From Escherichia phage vB_EcoM-G28, in sequence record NC_054916.1: a DNA stretch of 64,000 nt; one strand, written 5' to 3'. This document shows, piece after piece, positions 1-9,025 of this stretch. Each line of letters begins with the position of its first letter. Position 1 is the first letter of the stretch. The position numbers were made by a program, and so were the translations under genes. The notes under the pieces are model-generated. The model saw only the letters and a program-made list of their open reading frames with translations. It was not told the DNA's origin and made no database searches.

Positions 1-2178
1 TTAGGCCGCAAGGGCCTTCATAGTTTTAGCGATTTGGGAAACTTCATCATCACTTAAAGAGTTGCGATATCCGATGAAGTCGGAAACAATACGGAATTTC
101 TTGGTAAACTCAGCAACCATTTTATCACTGTTTTTTGAAGCATTATTTGATAATACATCAAAAAGATTAGTTACTGTCCAGATATCATGACCGATGGTAT
201 CTTTTCCACCATTAAAATATACACCGCGCAATGAACTAACTATATTAGCGAGTCGTGTATATTCTTCAGAAACTTCATCTGTACTGAAGTACTTCATCAT
301 AAAATCGAGTTCAGGATACTTAATAATTTTATCAATATATCGTTTAGCTGAACTTGAATAACCTACATACTTATCATAATCTACATCATCAAAAGCATCT
401 ACATATAAATCACGCAAAGCTTCAAAAATACATTGGCACTGACCGAGTTCTTTTACCTTTTTCTGTAAAAGCGGACGAATAACATAAAATTCATTAATGC
501 CAATAAGATTAGCCATACGAATCAAAATATTCATAGATGGATGACAAAGAGATGTAGTACCATCCATAGAGAAAATATCAGAACGATGCATATACGCTAC
601 ATAACCAGTAATTTCATCTGCTTCTGATGTGAGCGTAAATAGTTCCTCTTTTTCCCAACGCCCGTCTTTAATTTCAAACTTAAATGCTGTAGCAGCTTTA
701 GGGCGAGGAGCTTTACTTTTAACTACCTTTGGAATATAGCTTTTAACTAAAGCTTCAATTTCTGACAAATAATGAATGTTAACTTCATCACTTTCAAACA
801 TCGCTATAATATCAGGAAGCAAATCAATCTGCGATTCTACTTCTGGATTAATAAACAGAAGGCGTTCGTTGTGATGAATATTCAAAGTGTTATTAAATTC
901 ACTATCATCTAACGCACGTGCTAATCCACGGACAATATTAACACGATTTTTAATATTATCAATAACGATATTAATTTTTGTTGTATTAATACCAAACAGA
1001 CGATAACTTGATGCAACGGCTGAAGTTTCATGACTTTGCTTAATGCGTTTCAGTCGAGGGTCAAGATTTACTTCATACACAACTCCTGCATTGCATAACT
1101 TACTGTCAGGTTCAAACATGCTCTGCATCTTTTTATATGACAGATTTTTAGTCGTGAATTTGACTGAATTACTAATCATATAATCTCGAGCAGAATATCC
1201 CATCTTCATCAATTCACGATATGTGTGACGAGGAGATGTAGATTCTTTAAATCGCTTTACATCTTCATTAAATGCTTTCTCACTGAGTTCTTTAACTCGT
1301 TCAATAATATTTTTACGAGTACGATCATCCAGTGAAAGAGCCTCACGAGATGGAGCAATATCAAGTGAACCCATTGGAAACTTAATGTAATTCACTTCAT
1401 TGCGAATGCTTAGCCAGTTACGGTCTCTAATAACACCATCGATAGGATAAACAATACCGCCATAGATAGCATATAATCCACCACGATCTGGCCAGTATCT
1501 TTCTGGATTTACACCGTAATAGTCATCAAAATCCGGAAAATAATCAATTTCGTGGTCAAGACCATTAATGATAGCCAAATCTTTGAACGGTCGCATGATA
1601 TAAGAAACTTCATAAGCAAAGTTTCTAAAATCTTTTTCTTCAACTGGAACTACGATTTCAATACCAGTTTTATCATTTGGACCCATTTCTTTTACGAATG
1701 TAGGTTTAATTTGCGGACCGTCACCATCCATGTAAGCTACATAACCACGAATTTCGCCTTTATGATATGAAGTAATACTAAACGTATCAGTATAACTAAA
1801 CGGAGATTTAGAACCTAAACCAAATCCACCAATGAAATCGTTAGATTCAGCCTTAGATGAACTGAAGTATGAATTATACAACCCAGGAGAATTATCATCA
1901 CCCTGAATATCAAAATCGCTCATACCCGGACCAAAATCTCGACAAACAAATCGCGGATCTAATCGTCCTGGAACTTGAATGATAAATTTTTCAGGATTTC
2001 CATTAAGAGCATGGGCATCAATCATGTTGGTAATCAATTCACGGACTACTGCGCGAATCTTGTTTGTATACAAATCAGATGACAGAATTTTGAATACTTT
2101 AGGAGATGCTGTGATGCTAAATGCTTTTGATTTAGAACCATTACCAAGAATTGTTTCTTTTTCAGTGGTGATAATCAT
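1..2178 (-). CDS. rIIA: rIIA protein (lysis-inhibition / exclusion-sensitivity factor) with GHKL-type ATPase-like N-terminus
   Basis: 725-aa ORF, ATG at 2176-2178, stop at 1-3; [11 protein letters not shown] (E-x-x-N-x-x-D) and DFGPGM motifs; size and position as in T-even phages. Confidence 0.85.
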   Translation of the reverse strand: MIITTEKETILGNGSKSKAFSITASPKVFKILSSDLYTNKIRAVVRELITNMIDAHALNGNPEKFIIQVPGRLDPRFVCRDFGPGMSDFDIQGDDNSPGLYNSYFSSSKAESNDFIGGFGLGSKSPFSYTDTFSITSYHKGEIRGYVAYMDGDGPQIKPTFVKEMGPNDKTGIEIVVPVEEKDFRNFAYEVSYIMRPFKDLAIINGLDHEIDYFPDFDDYYGVNPERYWPDRGGLYAIYGGIVYPIDGVIRDRNWLSIRNEVNYIKFPMGSLDIAPSREALSLDDRTRKNIIERVKELSEKAFNEDVKRFKESTSPRHTYRELMKMGYSARDYMISNSVKFTTKNLSYKKMQSMFEPDSKLCNAGVVYEVNLDPRLKRIKQSHETSAVASSYRLFGINTTKINIVIDNIKNRVNIVRGLARALDDSEFNNTLNIHHNERLLFINPEVESQIDLLPDIIAMFESDEVNIHYLSEIEALVKSYIPKVVKSKAPRPKAATAFKFEIKDGRWEKEELFTLTSEADEITGYVAYMHRSDIFSMDGTTSLCHPSMNILIRMANLIGINEFYVIRPLLQKKVKELGQCQCIFEALRDLYVDAFDDVDYDKYVGYSSSAKRYIDKIIKYPELDFMMKYFSTDEVSEEYTRLANIVSSLRGVYFNGGKDTIGHDIWTVTNLFDVLSNNASKNSDKMVAEFTKKFRIVSDFIGYRNSLSDDEVSQIAKTMKALAA

Positions 2179-2188
2179 AATTTCCTCA

Positions 2189-2392
2189 TTAATTCATATT
2201 GCGTTTAATAACTTCAGCAACTTCTAGTAGTTCATCTTTAGTTGCGGTGTCAGATTGAATTTTATCTCTAATATTCTTAAAGCGGTTTTTAAACTCTTCG
2301 GCTTCTCCCATATCGAAAAAGCGTTGAATGATTCTATATTCTCGATGAACTGCTTTATCAAAAAGTTCTAAATTTACACTATATGATTTCAT
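2189..2392 (-). CDS. small hypothetical protein downstream of rIIA (rIIA.1 position)
   Basis: 67-aa ORF, ATG at 2390-2392, tightly packed with rIIA on same strand. Confidence 0.5.
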   Translation of the reverse strand: MKSYSVNLELFDKAVHREYRIIQRFFDMGEAEEFKNRFKNIRDKIQSDTATKDELLEVAEVIKRNMN

Positions 2393-2417
2393 TTCAATAT
2401 CCTCATTTGCCCAATTA

Positions 2418-2447
2418 ATTATACCACATCCTTGTGGTAAAGTAAAC
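2418..2447 (-). promoter_or_regulatory. early (sigma70-type) promoter, GTTTAC-N18-TATAAT
   Basis: minus-strand GTTTAC (plus gtaaac 2442-2447), 18-nt spacer, TATAAT (plus attata 2418-2423); directly upstream of rIIA.1/rIIA. Confidence 0.6.
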
Positions 2448-4264
2448 TACTGGCTCATCCATTCTTTACGAAGGTCAGCATTATCTCCCATGAGCATTTC
2501 AAAAAGCTCTTTCCAGTTCTCAGGAAGTTTAACAACATCATATACTGGATTTTGAATCATCTCACGATATTCAGATTTTTCCAAAGAGCCAAGTCCTTTA
2601 ATATAACGGATGCTATGTTTAGGTAGAGCATCTTTGGCACTCTCATATTCAGCGACTGTATAAAACCATTCTTGTTTTTTACCGACCTGAGCGATGATTA
2701 CAGGGGTTTTGACAAAGCGAATTCTTCCTTGTTCAAACAGTTCTGGCCAATTACTAAAAAATCCGAGCAGAGAAGGATAAATGCTTCCTAGACCATCATG
2801 GTCAGCATCGGTCATAATAGCAATATTATGATAATTCAAGTTTTCAGCTTTTTCACCAAGAACCAATCCAGTGATTGCGCAAATATCAAACAGTTCTTTG
2901 TTTTTAAGCATATCAGCATATGACATGCCCCAACTGTTAAGAACTTTACCACGCAATGGATAACCACCATGAAGTTCTTTATCACGAACATCAATAAGAT
3001 ATCCAATAGCAGAATCACCCTCAGTCAAGAAAAGAGTAGTGTCAGCATCTTTACCACAAAGATTCGCTTTAATATGTTTATGAACCTTAGCTTTAGAAGC
3101 CTTTTTAGCTGCTTTAGTTTCTGCTGCTTTTTCTGCCGCCAATTTACGAGCCAAGGCAGCTTCAATAATTGGCATTAAAATTGCTTCATTATTTAAAATA
3201 GCACGTGAAATCTTTTTAGCATCAAGCTGAATATGACTACGAATTTCACCAAATGGAGAAGTCAAACGCTCTTTAGTCTGAGAGTCAAATCGCATGTTTT
3301 TCATATCACGAACAAACATAACGATAGTCAAACATTCTTTAACACGTGCTTTAGTTACATCAATTTTGAACTTACGTTTGATTTGTGGAATAAGGTCTTC
3401 ACAAATATCATCCATAACACAGTCAATGTGATGGCCACCATTCTTAGTATGAATGTTATTGACGTACGTTAATTGACGAAAACCATCCGGCGAACGACCA
3501 ACCGCAATAGAACAGTTTTCTTGTTCTTGAACGATAGCATGCTCATCATATTGGCGTGCATATTTCTTAAAATTACCCTGAACCTTTTTACCATTAAAGG
3601 TAAATTGAATATCAGGATAAACTACTGCAAGTGTCTGGAGACGATCTAGTGTAATGTCAAGATAAACTTGAGATAGCTCATTAGTTTCAAATGACATAAA
3701 ATCAGGAATGAAAGTAACGCGAGTTCCTTTCCATTTTCCAGGAATATCTTCCCACGATTTATTTTCCATGCCGTTTGAACAACGAACTACAATATTATTT
3801 TGACCGTCGCCAGTTTCACCGACAAACATCACAGAAAAAATGTTAGTTAAACTAGAACCAACACCATTCATACCACCGGTGACGCGTTCTTTATCATCAC
3901 CAAAGTTACCACCTGCTTTTGGAATAGTCCAGGCAGCAACTGGACCAGGAATTTCTTCACCAGTAGGTGTTTTAACCATCGCCTGTGGAATACCACGACC
4001 GTTATCTTCAACTGTTACTTGATTGTTTTTGATAGTAACATTAATTTTATTTGCGAATTTAAACTTAGTACGAATACCTTCATCTACTGAGTTATCGATA
4101 ATTTCATCAATAAGCTTAACAAGACCAGGTACATACTGAACACTTTCCCATTTACCAAACAGAAAGCGCTCATGCATTTCATTAGCAGAAGAACCAATGT
4201 ACATGCCGCTACGCTTTTTGATATGTTCAATATCGCTCAGAATTTTAATTTCATTCTTAATCAT
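2447..4264 (-). CDS. 39: DNA topoisomerase II large subunit, uninterrupted GyrB-like ATPase + TOPRIM (gene 39 type; no separate gene 60)
   Basis: GHKL motifs IDNSVDE, DNGRGIP, GGMNGVGSS; TOPRIM motifs EGDSA and DADHDG; ATG at 4262-4264 with GAGGA RBS; continuous 605-aa frame. Confidence 0.9.
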   Translation of the reverse strand: MIKNEIKILSDIEHIKKRSGMYIGSSANEMHERFLFGKWESVQYVPGLVKLIDEIIDNSVDEGIRTKFKFANKINVTIKNNQVTVEDNGRGIPQAMVKTPTGEEIPGPVAAWTIPKAGGNFGDDKERVTGGMNGVGSSLTNIFSVMFVGETGDGQNNIVVRCSNGMENKSWEDIPGKWKGTRVTFIPDFMSFETNELSQVYLDITLDRLQTLAVVYPDIQFTFNGKKVQGNFKKYARQYDEHAIVQEQENCSIAVGRSPDGFRQLTYVNNIHTKNGGHHIDCVMDDICEDLIPQIKRKFKIDVTKARVKECLTIVMFVRDMKNMRFDSQTKERLTSPFGEIRSHIQLDAKKISRAILNNEAILMPIIEAALARKLAAEKAAETKAAKKASKAKVHKHIKANLCGKDADTTLFLTEGDSAIGYLIDVRDKELHGGYPLRGKVLNSWGMSYADMLKNKELFDICAITGLVLGEKAENLNYHNIAIMTDADHDGLGSIYPSLLGFFSNWPELFEQGRIRFVKTPVIIAQVGKKQEWFYTVAEYESAKDALPKHSIRYIKGLGSLEKSEYREMIQNPVYDVVKLPENWKELFEMLMGDNADLRKEWMSQ

Positions 4265-4317
4265 CACTTATCCTCGTTTGGTTTCGGGAATATTATACTC
4301 CAGTAATCATAAAGCTA

Positions 4318-4333
4318 AAGGCCCGAAGGCCTT
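4318..4333 (-). terminator. stem-loop terminator (AAGGCC-CGAA-GGCCTT) flanked by A/T runs, possibly bidirectional
   Basis: perfect 6-bp GC-rich stem with tetraloop, T-run follows on both strands; lies between 39.1-like ORF stop and gene 39 start. Confidence 0.55.
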
Positions 4334-4606
4334 TTATTTAAAACGGATAGTCGAATCCTTGAAGAATAGACCAGAACATACTGTTCCTTCTACTTTCTGC
4401 CCGGTAGGTCCAATAGCACGAAATCCAGTATGTTGGAAATCATTTTCAGAGCAACCGAACCAATTATATCCAGTGATTTCAATATTAGTAAAACCGCTTG
4501 AAGACAAAACTTTGGTTGCATTATCAGCATCAGTACATCCTACTAAAGATACTGCTAATACTAATGCCGCGATAGAACGATTAACATATTTCATAATTTC
4601 ACTCAA
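4334..4606 (-). CDS. hypothetical lipoprotein-like protein
   Basis: 90-aa ORF; N-terminal hydrophobic segment ending LVGC (lipobox-like). Confidence 0.5.
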   Translation of the reverse strand: MSEIMKYVNRSIAALVLAVSLVGCTDADNATKVLSSSGFTNIEITGYNWFGCSENDFQHTGFRAIGPTGQKVEGTVCSGLFFKDSTIRFK

Positions 4607-4970
4607 ATTTAATGGCTTGAAGGAGACTAATAATTCTCAAGCGACTTCTTTCATCTTTAACTGTAAAAGAAAGAGGGTCGCCAGATTTCATAGTGATAGT
4701 GCATTCAAAATCAAAATCTTCAGGAACTTCTTCGAAGAAGTCAAATTCTTCATCATAAATTAGAACATTACTCTGAAAACTGTGAAGAATTTTTCCATCA
4801 TTTCCAGATGCTGTACTAATCATTGTAACATTATGGCCTTTCATATCTTCAACGATAAATTCGCTTGTAGATATTACGGCATTAATAGAACCATTCCTAT
4901 AAATAGAAGAAAGTAGATATTTCTTTTCTTCACCTTCGCGAACACGATATTTCTTACCAATTTTAAACAT
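4599..4970 (-). CDS. hypothetical protein
   Basis: 123-aa ORF, ATG at 4968-4970. Confidence 0.45.
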   Translation of the reverse strand: MFKIGKKYRVREGEEKKYLLSSIYRNGSINAVISTSEFIVEDMKGHNVTMISTASGNDGKILHSFQSNVLIYDEEFDFFEEVPEDFDFECTITMKSGDPLSFTVKDERSRLRIISLLQAIKFE

Positions 4971-4972
4971 AA

Positions 4973-5149
4973 TTACCCTTTAAGTAAGTCGTAAAATCCA
5001 CCATTCACATGCTTAGGAGCAGAAGGCCGACGAGTAGACAAACGATGACATTTAGGGCAAACATCATTTTCTCGTTCAGAAATCTTTTTAATTTTTTCAT
5101 ATTCATGCCCACAATCTTCGGATTGGCATTTATAATCATACATTGGCAT
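4973..5149 (-). CDS. FmdB-family-like zinc-ribbon protein (58 aa; below ORF-track length cutoff)
   Basis: translation MPMYDYKCQSEDCGHEYEKIKKISERENDVCPKCH... has the M-P-x-Y-[DE]-Y-x-C-x(2-3)-CG...CP-x-C signature; AAGGA RBS; ATG 2 nt after upstream stop. Confidence 0.55.
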   Translation of the reverse strand: MPMYDYKCQSEDCGHEYEKIKKISERENDVCPKCHRLSTRRPSAPKHVNGGFYDLLKG

Positions 5150-5151
5150 AA

Positions 5152-5571
5152 TTATTCCTTAAAATGTGCTTTCAACATCTGATACAAGGACCATGCCTGT
5201 TCATTATTTTCAATAGTAACTTTCATGACAGGAAATTCGGTGAAATCTTCTATTTGTTCTTGCTCTTCCTGCTCTTGCTCTTCAGCTGCCTGGTATGGAT
5301 TTTCCACTTCATCAAAGAACCTGGCTTCGTCAGTAGAAAGCCAGATAAAGTTTTCGTCAAGGATATCGCCATGTTTTGCATATCCAATTGTGCCAGTAGA
5401 TGACATAATTTTAGTAGGACGACCAAGATAGTCAGCATCTAAAATTTTAAAAGGTTCCATACCTAAACGTCGTGCATAGATTCCATTATCAGTATGGTCT
5501 TTAATAAAATTTTCTTGGGCTTGTTTATTTTTAAATTGATACCATTTATTAACTTCAAATTTAATAGCCAT
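5152..5571 (-). CDS. hypothetical acidic protein with [10 protein letters not shown] tract (occupies the T4 goF position)
   Basis: 139-aa ORF, ATG at 5569-5571; name only by size/position. Confidence 0.5.
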   Translation of the reverse strand: MAIKFEVNKWYQFKNKQAQENFIKDHTDNGIYARRLGMEPFKILDADYLGRPTKIMSSTGTIGYAKHGDILDENFIWLSTDEARFFDEVENPYQAAEEQEQEEQEQIEDFTEFPVMKVTIENNEQAWSLYQMLKAHFKE

Positions 5572-5786
5572 TAATAAATTTCCTTCCAGTAAGTTGTGCC
5601 ATCTTCAGTAATTTCACGAAATACACCGTAAATTGGTTGTTTATCACCAACCTTTTCATACACATAAACCGAAGTCAAGTGAGTAAACTTAATGGTGTGT
5701 TCCTTTTGAACTACTACCAAATCTGGATCGAATAATACATCTTCAAATTCGTCATTAGTGCAGTTCTGAACAATTTTACGTTTCAT
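5571..5786 (-). CDS. hypothetical protein, 71 aa (occupies the T4 cef position)
   Basis: ORF with ATG at 5784-5786; name only by size/position. Confidence 0.45.
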   Translation of the reverse strand: MKRKIVQNCTNDEFEDVLFDPDLVVVQKEHTIKFTHLTSVYVYEKVGDKQPIYGVFREITEDGTTYWKEIY

Positions 5787-5799
5787 TACAATTTCCTCA

Positions 5800-6069
5800 T
5801 TAATTGAACAGTGGAGCGATGCGTTTCAGAAGAGTAGCAGCACCTTTGGCAAATTTTACATCATGAAAAACAGTTTCTTCTTCCGTTACAACACGAACTT
5901 TAATGTTTTCACAATCCCAATTTTTACGAACAATCTTCAAAAGCTGCAGTAAATCTTTACATTCAGCAATATCGATAACACATCCACGAGAATCTTCCAT
6001 TATCGCACGATAACCGTAAGCCATACCATAATCGTTGAAAGATTGCTCGATGATAATTAAGTTTTCCAT
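5800..6069 (-). CDS. hypothetical protein
   Basis: ORF; ATG at 6067-6069 preceded by conserved leader TTGGAGAATAAA shared with two other genes. Confidence 0.5.
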   Translation of the reverse strand: MENLIIIEQSFNDYGMAYGYRAIMEDSRGCVIDIAECKDLLQLLKIVRKNWDCENIKVRVVTEEETVFHDVKFAKGAATLLKRIAPLFN

Positions 6070-6095
6070 TTTATTCTCCAAGTTGTTTTCTGTAT

Positions 6096-6134
6096 CAGTA
6101 GTTGATATTGATATAGTACCATAATCAACTACTG
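6096..6134. repeat. 11-bp perfect inverted repeat (CAGTAGTTGAT / ATCAACTACTG) with 17-nt spacer containing a -10-like TACTAT
   Basis: read directly from sequence; lies between the motB-like stop and the next gene. Confidence 0.6.
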
Positions 6135-6166
6135 ATGTATATAGTTTTATGAAAAAATTTTAAACT

Positions 6167-6655
6167 TTATGCATAGAGAGCTTTGCTATAGTGTTTAATC
6201 CAGCTTTCAGGAATGACTTTGTATGTTCCTAAAAATACCACGTTATACAACTTAACGCCATCTTCTACCCACTGATCGGTAATGTATGCGCACATAGCAC
6301 GAGTATAAACAGCCGCTCCATCATCTTTGATAAATTTAAATTCACAAGGAGAAACGAACTTAATAGCCTGACCGAGTTTCCACTTAAAATCTACACCTAC
6401 ATGTGAAGTATCAATCGTTTCAATTCCTTTAGCAGGAACAGCTTTCAAAAACGCAGATTCAAGAAATTTCGCACGAACATAGCCAAACTGAGGTTTAGAC
6501 TTTCCATCTTTAGGAATGATACGCACTTTTACTTCAGAATCTTCATCTTTAACGCCATGTTTAAGCTGAATGCTTACAATTTCGACCAATTTTCCTGCTG
6601 CTTTAGAACGGGATTTATCAGATACACGAGCAATTTCACCAATATTAATAATCAT
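6167..6655 (-). CDS. MotB-like protein (by size/position), shares C-terminal domain with adjacent ORF
   Basis: 162-aa ORF; C-terminal AYITDQWVEDGVKLYNVVFLG aligns with CGWVTDQWIEDGVELLNVVHAG of ORF 6732-7271. Confidence 0.5.
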   Translation of the reverse strand: MIINIGEIARVSDKSRSKAAGKLVEIVSIQLKHGVKDEDSEVKVRIIPKDGKSKPQFGYVRAKFLESAFLKAVPAKGIETIDTSHVGVDFKWKLGQAIKFVSPCEFKFIKDDGAAVYTRAMCAYITDQWVEDGVKLYNVVFLGTYKVIPESWIKHYSKALYA

Positions 6656-6731
6656 AGTTATCTCTCACTTGTTAAAAAGATTTTATACTCCACGGGACCA
6701 TTATACTCTGGTCCCAAGAGTTTGTAAACTA

Positions 6732-7271
6732 TTAATTTAAAATAGCTACCACTGCACTACGAGGTACTACACTAAAATCACCTGCATGAACAACGTTCAG
6801 AAGTTCAACACCATCTTCAATCCACTGGTCTGTTACCCAACCACAGACCGAAATAAATGGAGTCTTGATAGCTACCGCACGAGTCAAAAGGTCAGTAGGA
6901 TCGCATTCTTGGAAGAGGATGAACTCTGCTTCAAAGACTATAGTTTTAATTACTTCATCATTATCTAAACGGTGTACTCGAATCACGTAAGCTTTATTCT
7001 TATCATGCCAGTTACTTTTTGAAAAGCTTTTAACCACAAACTCGCCTTCACCAAAAACATTAGTCAATGCTTTATAACCCAAATTTAGTTCAGTAGTTTT
7101 AATTTCAGTTTCAACCAGTTTGTAGATTTTGCCGATTTCAATAGCGGTAGTCATAGTAGGTTCCTTAATTTCCAGTGGTTTAACAGGGCATACATAAGTG
7201 CTTACAACATCAAAATCAATCAGTTTAGCTACCGGATTTGGTGTGTATTCAGGATTATAATTAAATTTCAT
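6732..7271 (-). CDS. hypothetical protein, C-terminal paralog of the motB-like ORF
   Basis: 179-aa ORF; shared ~35-aa C-terminal block. Confidence 0.5.
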   Translation of the reverse strand: MKFNYNPEYTPNPVAKLIDFDVVSTYVCPVKPLEIKEPTMTTAIEIGKIYKLVETEIKTTELNLGYKALTNVFGEGEFVVKSFSKSNWHDKNKAYVIRVHRLDNDEVIKTIVFEAEFILFQECDPTDLLTRAVAIKTPFISVCGWVTDQWIEDGVELLNVVHAGDFSVVPRSAVVAILN

Positions 7272-7273
7272 AA

Positions 7274-7777
7274 TTATCTCATTTCAATAAAATCTACAAG
7301 TTCAGCATGGGATTTGCGGAACATTACTTGGTGTCCACCAATGACAACTTGATCATCTGGCACTTCGTATACAGCAAGATAAAATCCTTTAGAAGATAAT
7401 TCTTCACGCTCTTCTCGTGTGAACCATCTCATCATATCATATTCGCTAGCGAAAGCAAAATGATAAAGAGCTATAAACCATCCTGGAATATGATATTCTA
7501 CTCCAACATAATCTTTCTTGAACTTAGTATTAATTACTATATTAGCGTTTTTAACTAATAGTTTATCTTCGTGTGGTAAAGGAATTCTTTTATTATTATT
7601 ATCGCTATGATGCATAAAATTAGGTCTGTCATAACCTACGTGTAATAGCCACTCTTCGCTCCATGAATCTATTATACTCCTGTACGGTGTTATTTGAACA
7701 CAAAGATTTCGACGTATTGTTATAGCATCTTCATAATCAAGAATACTAAACGATGATTCAACACGATAAATTTTCAT
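7274..7777 (-). CDS. hypothetical protein
   Basis: ORF trimmed to ATG at 7775-7777 (GAGGA RBS) because an early promoter -10 overlaps the longer track start. Confidence 0.45.
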   Translation of the reverse strand: MKIYRVESSFSILDYEDAITIRRNLCVQITPYRSIIDSWSEEWLLHVGYDRPNFMHHSDNNNKRIPLPHEDKLLVKNANIVINTKFKKDYVGVEYHIPGWFIALYHFAFASEYDMMRWFTREEREELSSKGFYLAVYEVPDDQVVIGGHQVMFRKSHAELVDFIEMR

Positions 7778-7804
7778 TTTATTATCCTCAGTAGCTATGG
7801 TGTT

Positions 7805-7834
7805 ATAATACCACAACTAACCGAGGAAGTAAAC
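7805..7834 (-). promoter_or_regulatory. early promoter, GTTTAC-N18-TATTAT
   Basis: plus-strand ataata 7805-7810 and gtaaac 7829-7834; between dexA stop and next gene. Confidence 0.55.
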
Positions 7835-7840
7835 AACTTT

Positions 7841-8524
7841 TTATCGTTTTGTTGGAAGAGATAGAGGATCGCATTCTTCCTCTGACGGAGCATCTTCAAG
7901 ACCCATAGCATAGCGCAAAGCATACTTCATCATCAGGATGTCTTTTGCACAGTCATGAATAGAATCATGTGCAACGAATCCATCTAAAGTTCCTTTTGGA
8001 AGAGGACACGTGGTCATATCACGAACAAGGAGAAGTGCTTCAATTCTGGTACGAATATCACGCTGATTCCAGAATTTACAAGGTTCTAACTTAAATGTGT
8101 CAAGTTCATTCTCAGAAACGCCATTAAGACGTTGAATATCGCGAATGAGATCGACTAAAATTGGAAAATCAAATGACATTCCACGGCACCAGCCCTGAGA
8201 TTTCCAAGGATCGATATTATGCGCATTGATGTAATCATTAAATTTTGCAATACCATCGATAGTGCTTACATCTTCATCTGACGGTGCAATATTTTTTCGA
8301 GCTTCAGGAGACTGATTTTTCCACCATTCGATAGTGCTTTTAGTAAAAAGACGATGTCCTTTTTGGCTTTTTAAATCAAATTTGATTTTAATGCCGCGCG
8401 AAACTAATTCATCAAATGATTCAACTACTTCTGGATTAGGGTCAAAGGCAATAACAGCCAAATCAATAACAGCTGCCTTTTCACCGCTTCCCATTGTTTC
8501 AAAATCTATAATAAAATCAAACAT
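7841..8524 (-). CDS. dexA: exonuclease A (DEDD-family 3'-5' exonuclease)
   Basis: 227-aa ORF; DFETMG exo motif I and HDSIHD motif; size and position as T4 dexA. Confidence 0.8.
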   Translation of the reverse strand: MFDFIIDFETMGSGEKAAVIDLAVIAFDPNPEVVESFDELVSRGIKIKFDLKSQKGHRLFTKSTIEWWKNQSPEARKNIAPSDEDVSTIDGIAKFNDYINAHNIDPWKSQGWCRGMSFDFPILVDLIRDIQRLNGVSENELDTFKLEPCKFWNQRDIRTRIEALLLVRDMTTCPLPKGTLDGFVAHDSIHDCAKDILMMKYALRYAMGLEDAPSEEECDPLSLPTKR

Positions 8525-8799
8525 TAAATTTTCCTCGCTAAATCGCGAATTTGACCTACAGTATAATCTTGGATATAAACTTTATTAATGGGCTCATCAA
8601 TAAATTTTGCCATAGATTCAATATCTTTTTGTATCTCTTCAAGACTGTATACTATCTTTAAAGCTTTTTCGCGAATAGTAACATTATCAGGTCCTGAATT
8701 TTCTTGAATGACAGCTTTAACATTTGTCATAAGAGATTTAAACTGATGCAAACTTAATTCAATCATTAATAACCGCCTTATAAAGATGGCTAATTTCAC
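8524..8799 (-). CDS. hypothetical protein
   Basis: 91-aa ORF in operon context. Confidence 0.4.
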   Translation of the reverse strand: MKLAIFIRRLLMIELSLHQFKSLMTNVKAVIQENSGPDNVTIREKALKIVYSLEEIQKDIESMAKFIDEPINKVYIQDYTVGQIRDLARKI

Positions 8800-9019
8800 C
8801 TAAAACGTAATCACTGATTGTAACAGTTTTCACTTCACCACAAAAGAATTCTAACGCAATCAAATCTCGTTCAATTTCTTCTAGTTGAAGCATTAACTTG
8901 CCTGATTTAATTTTTACATTTGTACAATTTTTACTATAAGCTATTTCATAAATTTCGCTCACTTTATCTTGAAGTAGATAAAACTGGTCTTTAGTTATTT
9001 CCACGAATAGCTTCCTCAA
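8759..9019 (-). CDS. hypothetical protein
   Basis: 86-aa ORF directly downstream of dda. Confidence 0.4.
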   Translation of the reverse strand: MRKLFVEITKDQFYLLQDKVSEIYEIAYSKNCTNVKIKSGKLMLQLEEIERDLIALEFFCGEVKTVTISDYVLGEISHLYKAVIND

Positions 9020-9025
9020 ATTTAA

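Noticed and set aside
2836-3472. Plus- and minus-strand ORFs from the track (2836-3018, 2969-3178, 3233-3472, 3840-4022) lying inside the topoisomerase gene
   Set aside because: Fully embedded in a well-supported 605-aa gene in other frames, no RBS, low-complexity translations. The same reasoning applies to the many other 60-140-aa antisense or out-of-frame track ORFs inside large genes (e.g. 1552-1770, 9734-10103, 20679-20985, 26972-28270, 31409-31825, 34535-34952, 44001-45506, 48281-49197, 54192-54431, 54725-55297, 55948-56187).
2447-4264. Looked for the gene 60 translational bypass element
   Set aside because: The topoisomerase frame is continuous; no 50-nt gap, no in-frame stop at a take-off codon.
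5252-5290. CTCTTGCTCTTCCTGCTCTTGCTCTTC microsatellite-like repeat
   Set aside because: It is the coding sequence for the acidic [10 protein letters not shown] tract in ORF 5152-5571, not an independent repeat element.
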